From NCBI GenBank assembly GCA_011772475.1, contig WVZK01000044.1, positions 14,727 to 78,726 on the forward strand: DNA of 64,000 bases, given 5' to 3'. Every line of letters starts with the position of its first letter. The first letter of the stretch is position 1. Below are positions 27,627 to 35,238 of the stretch, piece by piece. Below the pieces are notes generated by a model. The model made no database searches and was not told the origin of the DNA. It saw nothing but the letters and a program-made list of their open reading frames with translations. This DNA comes from Candidatus Aminicenantes bacterium. Lineage in GTDB: Bacteria > Acidobacteriota > Aminicenantia > Aminicenantales > Aminicenantaceae. Position numbers and translations under genes: made by a program.

Positions 27627-30281
27627 CTAAAGAGATGTATGATGCAATGCCAATCTTTTCTTAAAAATTTTGTTTACCATTGTTTTGAAAGCTGAACGGA
27701 GAAGAAGCTTAAAATTTCTTACCTCGAGCCAGGTATTCTTGTACGTTTCCTGGCCCGACACTATATTAAAAAATGCTCTTTTCAGGCCCTTTTCGTTTTT
27801 TGCCACTTCAAATACACTATCCAATAAACCGAATTTTGTAGACTGGATTATTAAAAATCTTAAAATTTTTCCATAGGGCATGTCATCAGTGAGTTCACAA
27901 CAATTCTCTAAATATTTTTGAAAGGCAGTTTTTGAAATTCCGTAGTTGACGATAACCTCGGCCGCTTTTATCCCGGTCATAATTGCTGAATTTATGCCCT
28001 TTCCTTTGAAAGGACGATTCAAGCCGGCCGCATCTCCTACCATCACATACCTGTTCCCGAAGATGCCCTTTGCTGGAAGAGTGGGAAATTTGCCCTTAAA
28101 GTAATAAAGGTGAGGCAAGAAATTGTCCGCATTATCAGGCAGTGCTTTTCTTACCGACGGAAGATTGAGGAACTTGTCCATCATCCCGGCATTGATTTCT
28201 CTTCCAGCTATATTCAAGCTTAGATGGTTTCCTTTGGGTGTAATAGCTCCAAATTCGACATGAGGAAGGGATGAAGGAAGAAAAGCGTGCAAATACTTTC
28301 CAAACTCATTCATCGCCTTTTCTCCCGGGTGAATTTTAGTCACAATGGAGTAGAGAAAATTGGGCTGACGATAAGGAGTGGCCCTTTCAAAAATTTTGGC
28401 CATGCCGTCATCCAAGCCAAAGGCGCCGATAACGACATCGGCTTTAATATTATTGCTTTCGCTGTAAACCATGACTCCATCATGGTCAAAATCAACGTCA
28501 GTAGCTCGAGCAGGAAAAATCTCTATTCCAATCTCCTTTGCCTTCTGAAAAAGATAATTGTCAAACTCCACTCTTCGACACGCATAAGAAGGTTCATGCT
28601 CTCCTGAGAGTTTCAGTATATTATTATCGGAATAGACAAAATAGCCATTTATTTCTTTTTGAACGATCGGCCAAGGGAAAGGCACCTCTAATTCTTCCTT
28701 CATAATTTTTCCTAGAGGAGGTGAAAGCACTCCCAAGCACTGGTTATAATAGCTCTTTTTTTCAAATCTTTTTCCTTCATAGATAATTATCCTGGGATTT
28801 ATTCCTTTCTGGAGACACAATCTTTTAAGCTTGATAGCGCAGCTGGAGCCCGCAGGTCCGCCTCCTATGATGACGATAATGCTTTTATCTTTAACAGAGC
28901 CGATGGTCGTATTTTTAACGGACATGTTCGATAAATTCTTACTCGCGCTTTTTTTTTTAAAAGGAAGTTTCAGGGTGTTGGATAAAAGATCCATTTGGAA
29001 TTTTAGGTCTAGTGAATCCCTGAAAATATCCCTATAAGGGATATTTCCGGAGAACATATTCCAAAGAATCGACCTTAACCTTTTTGGAGAATCTTTGTTC
29101 CCCTTCTGTTTGGCTAATGATAAATGGGATTTGGTCAAGAGAGGAACAGAGGATATTATATCATTTATCCAAAAAAGAAGCTGGCCATAATAATTGTCGT
29201 TGATGATCAATTTTTTAGCTCTCTTATGATAAGAAGAAAAAGACGAGGTATCAAGTCCGGTGTTGAAGGCTGTTTCTGCAGCCAATTTGGCTGTGATAAA
29301 AGCAGATTCAATCCCATTTTTATAATGTCGAGAAAAGCTGGCATCACCGATCATTACCAACCGATCGGAGAAAGGCTTTTTTGAAGGGGAAACAGCTATT
29401 CTTGGATAACAGAAACAGTGAGGCTTAATAGAAGGAATTCGATCTTTAATTTCTTCGAGATTAAGGAATTCTTGAAAGATGTCTTTTGTTGCATCTTTTT
29501 TCCCGATTAAGGTTACTGTGATGTAATCTACTTTAGGAATAACTGTGGCGTACCTGATAGCTTTTGATTTAGGCATGTAAACATGGATCGTGTTGCCAAA
29601 ATTTTCATGGACTTTTTCGCGGCCCATTTTCAGCTCAGCTTGGTAGGTTATGAGCGTGGAGGGAGGCTTGTAGCCGAAGCCAAGGTTTTGAAATTTTCTT
29701 AATAGATAGGTGTTCACTCCAAAAGCCCCAACAACTAAATCCGCCTTGTCTTCATAAAGATCATCTTTCTTTCCAAAGTAGAGGAGCAAAGGCTCTTGTC
29801 TTCGCTCAGGCAATTTAACGTCCCAGACGGGCAAGGATGTGACTTTAGCTCCTCTATCTTGTGCCCAAGTCAAGAGAAAATCATCGAAACTGATGTTCTC
29901 AGGAAAGGTTGAATACCGAGGGCCATTTCCTCTAAAAACAGTGGCAATCGATTTTATCTCGTTTTCTGCACAAGAGAGATAGAGGCTTTCGCCATGCATA
30001 TGAAGACAGTAGCCTTCGACTCGGTTAATGATCCTTTTTTCAGGGAGGTATATGCTTTCTTCTTGCAGTTTTTGATTTAAGCTCTCTGATATAACACCTG
30101 CGCAAAGGTTGCATCCTTTAGGTCCACGTTCCAGGAAATCCTTACCGTCGTAAATAGTAATCGTGACATCTATGCCTTTTTGTGAAGCCAATTTTTGGCC
30201 AAAATGCGCAAAAAAGGAACCTGCAGGACCGCCTCCGATTATGGCAATTTTGGAGCCGTCTCTGAGGGCCAGATCCTTCAT
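27627..30281 (-). CDS. tandem-duplicated FAD-dependent oxidoreductase of the geranylgeranyl-reductase family
   Basis: 884 aa with two complete halves, each opening with a Rossmann FAD motif: KIAIIGGGPAGSFFA at the N-terminus and IIVIIGGGPAGSSCA near residue 470. Each half ends with a GDAAG/GDASF-type motif (MIGDASFSRHYKNGI; MVGDAAGLNRPFKGKGI). Confidence 0.7.
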   Translation of the reverse strand: MKDLALRDGSKIAIIGGGPAGSFFAHFGQKLASQKGIDVTITIYDGKDFLERGPKGCNLCAGVISESLNQKLQEESIYLPEKRIINRVEGYCLHMHGESLYLSCAENEIKSIATVFRGNGPRYSTFPENISFDDFLLTWAQDRGAKVTSLPVWDVKLPERRQEPLLLYFGKKDDLYEDKADLVVGAFGVNTYLLRKFQNLGFGYKPPSTLITYQAELKMGREKVHENFGNTIHVYMPKSKAIRYATVIPKVDYITVTLIGKKDATKDIFQEFLNLEEIKDRIPSIKPHCFCYPRIAVSPSKKPFSDRLVMIGDASFSRHYKNGIESAFITAKLAAETAFNTGLDTSSFSSYHKRAKKLIINDNYYGQLLFWINDIISSVPLLTKSHLSLAKQKGNKDSPKRLRSILWNMFSGNIPYRDIFRDSLDLKFQMDLLSNTLKLPFKKKSASKNLSNMSVKNTTIGSVKDKSIIVIIGGGPAGSSCAIKLKRLCLQKGINPRIIIYEGKRFEKKSYYNQCLGVLSPPLGKIMKEELEVPFPWPIVQKEINGYFVYSDNNILKLSGEHEPSYACRRVEFDNYLFQKAKEIGIEIFPARATDVDFDHDGVMVYSESNNIKADVVIGAFGLDDGMAKIFERATPYRQPNFLYSIVTKIHPGEKAMNEFGKYLHAFLPSSLPHVEFGAITPKGNHLSLNIAGREINAGMMDKFLNLPSVRKALPDNADNFLPHLYYFKGKFPTLPAKGIFGNRYVMVGDAAGLNRPFKGKGINSAIMTGIKAAEVIVNYGISKTAFQKYLENCCELTDDMPYGKILRFLIIQSTKFGLLDSVFEVAKNEKGLKRAFFNIVSGQETYKNTWLEVRNFKLLLRSAFKTMVNKIFKKRLALHHTSL

Positions 30282-30463
30282 CTTGAGTGTATTATATTAT
30301 TTTTTTTATTTTTACGATAGATTAAATAAAATAAAATAATAAAATATGGCTAAATATTATTGGGAGGGAATGAAATCTTTATGCTGCTTTCAATTTAGAC
30401 TTTTTAGTATTTAAATAGTTTTTTTATACTCATATCATTCAATTTTTTTAAGTGCTTTTTTTC

Positions 30464-31075
30464 TTATTCTAAAACCTTTAATTGGACGACTCGTTCAAAG
30501 TAATTACCCTTCATTCCTTCTTTTGCTTTTCCTTTTACAGATTCCCCTTTGGTTAGCATGATTTGAAGCTTCAATCCTGCATCTTGAGCGTCATCTCCAG
30601 GCCGGATGCTCATGGGAAGCGAAGTGATGTTTGCACTTTCAAATCCTTTTAGTCTGTCTCCGACGATTCGGCAGGCCATGGGCAGATTTACCCTCCATCC
30701 AGAAGCGAACTTGGAGAGTGAATTGCTCTTTATCCTTTTGGGGTCGACATAGAGCCAGGCATTCCTGTACGGAACCTCGGCTGTATCCTCCTTTTTGCGG
30801 CCAATAACTGTTAAAACTGTTTTAACCTTTCCTCTCTGTACCTCGATTAAGAAACTGCCGTCAGGTTGGGCAAGGGACTTTTTAGTCTCTTTATCCAAGA
30901 TATCGATGATTGTGTTTTCCTCATCCTCCCATGGGCCGTTGTTGACATGGCAGGTAAGACAGTTTTTAGCTTTACCTACGATACCTACAGCAGGGGGATA
31001 GGAGAAAGTATTTTGTGCAAGGCATATTGCTATACCGATTACGATTGATATGGTTAGAATGATTTTTATTTTCAC
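30464..31075 (-). CDS. secreted monoheme c-type protein of unknown function
   Basis: 203 aa. Signal peptide, then a single CLTCH 20 residues after the predicted cleavage region. I recognise no other family signature. Confidence 0.45.
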   Translation of the reverse strand: MKIKIILTISIVIGIAICLAQNTFSYPPAVGIVGKAKNCLTCHVNNGPWEDEENTIIDILDKETKKSLAQPDGSFLIEVQRGKVKTVLTVIGRKKEDTAEVPYRNAWLYVDPKRIKSNSLSKFASGWRVNLPMACRIVGDRLKGFESANITSLPMSIRPGDDAQDAGLKLQIMLTKGESVKGKAKEGMKGNYFERVVQLKVLE

Positions 31076-31208
31076 TTTTCGCTCCTCCTTTTCTCATTAA
31101 ATAAATAATATTTAAAGTCCAGATTGATGACTAAATATCAGGCTGGAATTTGAGTTTCTACAGATGATGGAAAAACAAGTGCGCATGATACATTTTTCCA
31201 CATTTTAT

Positions 31209-32021
31209 TCATTGGGATTGTATCTTCGCTCCCTCCTTCATTTGTTTTTCATCTATCGTGTAGAGAGCATCGAGCATGGCGACCTGAAAACTCCCAGGAG
31301 CTTGGGCTGTTTTAGCTGCCCTCTCGCCTGCAAGGCCAAAATAGGCTAAGGCTGTTGTTGTGGCTTCGACCGGGTCGCGATCTATCGCCAGGAATGCTCC
31401 AATAATAACCGATGCAGTACATCCTGTTCCGGTGACAAATCCCATCAGCTCGTGGCCATTGAATACACGGTAGATGCGCTCTCCGTCTGTGATCAGATCC
31501 ACTTCACCGGTAATGGCAAGAGTGGTTTCGAGTTCCTTAGCGAGTATGAGTGCAGAATCAGCAGCATCATCGACACTGTGGACGGAATCAACTCCTTTTG
31601 TTCTAGAACCCTCATGGGCAAGAGAAAGCACCTCAGAGGCATTTCCTCTAACCACACTGATAGATAGCTCATCTATCAATTTCTTGGCGGAATCGGTCCT
31701 CAATTTCGTAGCCCCAGAACCAACTGGATCCAGAATAATCGGGACATTCAATTCGTTTGCTCGTTTGCCTGCCCTGAGCATCGAATCAATCCAGTAAGGA
31801 GTAAGGGTTCCGATATTGAGTACGAGTGCACCTGCAAAGGAAACCATCTCTACTACTTCCTCTGATGCATGCGCCATCACCGGAGAAGCGCCACAGGCGA
31901 GCAATGCATTGGCAGTATAATTCATGACCACATAATTTGTGATGTTATGGATCAGAGGCTTCTTCTCCCGAAGGTTACTTAGGTTTTTTCCTGCTTTTTG
32001 GGCTAGAAGCTGGTCAAACAT
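31209..32021 (-). CDS. thiM: hydroxyethylthiazole kinase
   Basis: 270 aa. PLIHNITNYVVMNYTANALLACGASPVMA, ILDPVGSGAT and VTGTGCTASVIIGAFLA motifs. Confidence 0.92.
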   Translation of the reverse strand: MFDQLLAQKAGKNLSNLREKKPLIHNITNYVVMNYTANALLACGASPVMAHASEEVVEMVSFAGALVLNIGTLTPYWIDSMLRAGKRANELNVPIILDPVGSGATKLRTDSAKKLIDELSISVVRGNASEVLSLAHEGSRTKGVDSVHSVDDAADSALILAKELETTLAITGEVDLITDGERIYRVFNGHELMGFVTGTGCTASVIIGAFLAIDRDPVEATTTALAYFGLAGERAAKTAQAPGSFQVAMLDALYTIDEKQMKEGAKIQSQ

Positions 32022-32031
32022 TCTCTCCTCC

Positions 32032-33057
32032 TCACTTTGAAAAGTGGTTCCAACCAGAAGGGATCACATGACGATGAGTACCGTTGGGAAGTGTCAGCTG
32101 GATATCTCCGACTGAATCTGTGATCCTGCCAACTTCAGTGACAGGCACATCGCTCACCGCAGCAATAGCAGAACGAATCTGAGTTACGTTATCAGGAGGA
32201 CAGGTTATGATCAGTTCATAATCGTCACTTTCCTGCAAGACCAGTTTGTAGGGATCGAGCTTCAATTCGGCGGCAGCATTGCGCAGGTCCTCATTGACGG
32301 GCAATTTTTCTTGAATCAAAACAGCACCCACACCACTACTTTGACAGATGTGTCCCAGATCCCCTAAAAATCCATCGCTGGTGTCGATCATCGCTGTAGC
32401 AAAGCCTGAATGTGCAATCGCTTGTCCCTCCCTGGCACGGTGTGAAGGAGTCGTATGAGCGCAGACTAATCGATGTTCTCGTAAACCTTCGGTTGATTTG
32501 GAATGCGAGAGGAGTTGCAGACCGGTAGCAGCTTGTCCTGGATACCCTGTCACTAAGATTGCATCGTCTACCTTAGCGTTTGAACGGAGCATGAGTTTGC
32601 CTTGTTCTACCTCGCCGATCAAAGTGATATCAATGAAAAGAGCATCGTCTGTTTTGGTGATATTGCCGCCTACAATAGAGGCTTCGAACGGATTGAGTTC
32701 CATGATGAATCCACGATAAATGGCTTCTACATCTGCAACAGAAGTATCTGTTTTTAAACCTAAAGATACAAGAGCATACAGCGGGCGGCCACCCATGGCG
32801 CCGATGTCACTGATATTCACCACCATCGCACGCCGCCCTAGGTCCAAGGGAGTGATGAAATCCGGCAAAAAATGTTGGCCGGCGACTAGACAGTCACAGG
32901 TCACCAAAATTTCGTATCCTGGACGAGGTTGGAATGATGCGCTATCATCTCCAATTCCCAGCGTCACTCCAAGAGCAAGAGCACTCTCTTTTTGGAGGAG
33001 TTTGTGAATTCTATCAATCAGTCCGAATTCGCCGATGTCAGCTAGAGTTTCAGACAT
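32032..33057 (-). CDS. thiL: thiamine-monophosphate kinase
   Basis: 341 aa, AIR-synthase-related fold. LADIGEFGLIDRI, GIGDDSA, NISDIGAMGG and IVGGNIT motifs. Confidence 0.9.
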   Translation of the reverse strand: MSETLADIGEFGLIDRIHKLLQKESALALGVTLGIGDDSASFQPRPGYEILVTCDCLVAGQHFLPDFITPLDLGRRAMVVNISDIGAMGGRPLYALVSLGLKTDTSVADVEAIYRGFIMELNPFEASIVGGNITKTDDALFIDITLIGEVEQGKLMLRSNAKVDDAILVTGYPGQAATGLQLLSHSKSTEGLREHRLVCAHTTPSHRAREGQAIAHSGFATAMIDTSDGFLGDLGHICQSSGVGAVLIQEKLPVNEDLRNAAAELKLDPYKLVLQESDDYELIITCPPDNVTQIRSAIAAVSDVPVTEVGRITDSVGDIQLTLPNGTHRHVIPSGWNHFSK

Positions 33058-33079
33058 GGTGTCCTCCTGTGTTTCCTGC

Positions 33080-33697
33080 CTACAGAGCTTGAGAAAGAAT
33101 CCGAGTTGCTTGTTCAGGATTTTCGTGACAACAAACAGCGGATATCACAGCGATTCCGTGTGCACCTGCCTGCATCACCTCTGGTGCATTCTCTGCGTTT
33201 ATTCCACCAATGGCAACAATCGGCAACGGAATCGACTCCACAGCTTGAGTCAGAAGGTCAACACCAGAGACAGGGCCTGCATCTAATTTGGATGTCGTGT
33301 GATAAACGGGGCCAAAGCCAATGTAGTCTGCTCCTTCTGCAAGGCATTTATGGGCTTCCTCAAGCGTTCCAGCAGAACCACCAATGATCAAGTCTTTACC
33401 AAGCAATTCTCGCCCAAGGGGAATAGGAAAATCATCCTGTCCCAGGTGGACTCCATCCGCCTCGGCTGCAATCGCAACATCCACACGATCGTTTACGATA
33501 AATGTCACCTCAGCAGCCACACACATTTGTCTCAACTGTCGAGCAATCTCGATCATCTCACGTGTGGACCCAGTCTTCTGACGGAATTGGATGGTATCTG
33601 CGCCTCCCGCAATTGCCAACCTGGCGATGTCTTGGTGTGAGAATCGGGACTGCAATATCGTATCGGTGAGTACATGTAATTTTCCGATTTTTTTCAT
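33080..33697 (-). CDS. thiE: thiamine-phosphate synthase
   Basis: 205 aa. LHVLTD, IQFRQK, FIVNDRVDVAIAAEADGVHLGQDD, YIGFGPVYHTTSK and VAIGGI motifs. Confidence 0.92.
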   Translation of the reverse strand: MKKIGKLHVLTDTILQSRFSHQDIARLAIAGGADTIQFRQKTGSTREMIEIARQLRQMCVAAEVTFIVNDRVDVAIAAEADGVHLGQDDFPIPLGRELLGKDLIIGGSAGTLEEAHKCLAEGADYIGFGPVYHTTSKLDAGPVSGVDLLTQAVESIPLPIVAIGGINAENAPEVMQAGAHGIAVISAVCCHENPEQATRILSQAL

Positions 33698-33939
33698 TAT
33701 GGTTTCCTTAGGCAGCTACCATGATACCGGATGACAGCCAATTATTGATTTATGAGCACTCATTACGATAATTCAGAAGCCGATGTGGTGGATGTGCTGG
33801 ATTATTTCCCTAGCGCAATGATTAAAGTTAGCAATCACATCGATGTGGCTCATGTCAGGGCACGAGTCTCGGCCATAAGGGAATAGAACTTGTTCTTTTT
33901 CCAGTTTGCCTTCATTTTTTTCTTTGATTCCGATTAAAA

Positions 33940-33968
33940 TTTATAGCATAGGAGAAATACGGTGTCAA
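33940..33968 (-). promoter_or_regulatory. sigma-70-type promoter of thiE-thiL-thiM, giving a ~235-nt leader
   Basis: On the minus strand: TTGACA (33968-33963), a 17-nt spacer, then TATAAA (33945-33940). Confidence 0.55.
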
Positions 33969-34220
33969 AACTTGTGGAGTTATGAGAAAGAAATAGTCTC
34001 GAAGCCATAGAAGGTTGGGTAGTGTTCAACAGTAGGCATGCTTGCCGGGTTCGTACTAAAATCCCCTTTATGATAGTCTATCAAGATCCCTTTTGGCCTG
34101 CTTTTTTCAAGAGACCAAAAAAAACTTAGGATTTTGATCAGTTTGAAATGGATTTATACAGAAAAGAAGTTTGGTACTTGATATATTAAATTCAGAATAC
34201 GAATTATTTAAATTCTCAGC

Positions 34221-34745
34221 TTATTCTGTTTCTGGAACAGGGTGTTTTATTTTCTCCCAAGCTGCATCAAAATCAAAACTTTTCTCATGGGCATTCTCAT
34301 GACAGGACAAGCAATGCTTTTTTATAGCGTCCGGCGATTCATAGGCGACCATTCCATTCGCCACAGACTCTTCTCTGCTTTTCATAATGTTTAGTTTTTT
34401 ATAAGCGCTCCCTGGGCCGTGACAGACTTCACAGGTGACTCCTTCCTCTTTAAAGTCAGCTGCTTTATCAGAAAGAGGAGCATGACAGCTAAGGCATTTG
34501 GGGCTTTCTACCGGATTTTCTACTCCTGCTTCTTGGGCCTTGGCAGACGCATCTGGAGAGCTTAAAGCCGCGAAAGATTTGGAATGTTTGCTCTCTTCCC
34601 AGATAGGAAATTGTTTTCCTCGTTTTTCACTCTTATGGCAGGTTTTACACTTTGCGGCCCCAACATACGTGAAATCCTGACCAAAAAGACTGATGATGAA
34701 TACAAAGGCAATGAGAACAATTGCGATAAATAGGACTTTTTTCAT
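34221..34745 (-). CDS. periplasmic tetraheme cytochrome c (c554-family-like)
   Basis: 174 aa with a signal peptide. Motifs are CKTCH, CLSCH, CEVCH, CLSCH. The RBS AAGGAGG lies just upstream. Confidence 0.8.
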   Translation of the reverse strand: MKKVLFIAIVLIAFVFIISLFGQDFTYVGAAKCKTCHKSEKRGKQFPIWEESKHSKSFAALSSPDASAKAQEAGVENPVESPKCLSCHAPLSDKAADFKEEGVTCEVCHGPGSAYKKLNIMKSREESVANGMVAYESPDAIKKHCLSCHENAHEKSFDFDAAWEKIKHPVPETE

Positions 34746-34791
34746 CCATTCCTCCTTGCAGTAATAAACCTTATTCGCATCTGCATTTATA

Positions 34792-34806
34792 GCAAAATAT
34801 GTGCCA
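34792..34806 (-). promoter_or_regulatory. sigma-54 (-24/-12) promoter of the tetraheme gene
   Basis: The minus strand reads TGGCAC-ATATT-TTGCT, an exact match to the TGGCAC-N5-TTGCW consensus, about 45 nt upstream of ATG 34745. Confidence 0.7.
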
Positions 34807-35034
34807 AAATAAAAGAGTTATATTTAGTTGTTGTAAAGATGGGAATCAAAGAACCTAAGAAAATTTTTAGAGAGAAATGGAGAAATTTGGCTAAAAGACT
34901 GGATATGATTCAATAATTATTCATCTACTTTCTGTCAAATAATAAAAAAAGAAAACTTAGATAAAAATTAATGGGAATTCTTATTTCTCGGCAAAGTATG
35001 ATAAATCAAAATCGATAAAAACTTGATAAAAATT

Positions 35035-35048
35035 GGGTGATATGACCC
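35035..35048. promoter_or_regulatory. candidate enhancer (UAS) palindrome for the NtrC-type activator
   Basis: GGGTGATATGACCC matches the perfect palindrome GGGTGATTTCACCC at 52745-52758 at 12 of 14 positions. It lies about 122 bp upstream of the -24 element at 35162 and about 237 bp upstream of the one at 34806. Confidence 0.45.
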
Positions 35049-35161
35049 AGCATTGGGGAAAATCCCCCTAAAGATAGAACCAGTACTACTTTCATTTAAT
35101 TTACTGTTATCTAACTTTATTATTTTCTATGAGATAGTAATCTATATATTTTTAAGACACT

Positions 35162-35176
35162 TGGCACAAAAAATGC
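35162..35176 (+). promoter_or_regulatory. sigma-54 (-24/-12) promoter of the CbcL-like gene
   Basis: TGGCAC-AAAAA-ATGC, with GG-N10-GC spacing correct. It is nearly identical to the promoter at 52640-52654 and lies about 65 nt upstream of the start. Confidence 0.65.
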
Positions 35177-35238
35177 CATCTAAATCATGGAGAAATATAT
35201 GAATTAGATCTCAAGATGATACGAAAACTTAAAGTTGT

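Noticed and set aside
33752-33886. 44-aa plus-strand ORF (MSTHYDNSEADVVDVLDYFPSAMIKVSNHIDVAHVRARVSAIRE) inside the thi leader region
   Set aside because: It has no RBS and no recognisable family. It lies antisense to a probable structured leader, and a 26-aa ORF exists on the other strand too, so coding potential is not distinguishable from chance.
31209-33900. thiE-thiL-thiM as a horizontally acquired GC-rich islet inside the cytochrome island
   Set aside because: Spot counts gave about 50% GC here versus about 38% in part of the GGR-like gene. However, the CbcL-like (about 50%) and HAO-like (about 53%) genes and another part of the GGR-like gene (about 55%) are equally GC-rich. The contrast is therefore not specific to the thi genes.
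33698-33945. Calling a canonical TPP (THI-box) riboswitch upstream of thiE
   Set aside because: Only the 3' GCGCUAGGGAA-like part matches by eye. The invariant CUGAGA is CCGAGA, and the P2 GGGG/CCC pairing is not found. I kept it as an open finding rather than a feature.
34040-34070. tRNA-like T-arm (CCGGGTTCGTACTAAAATCCCC)
   Set aside because: No acceptor, D or anticodon stems can be built around it, so it is not a tRNA.
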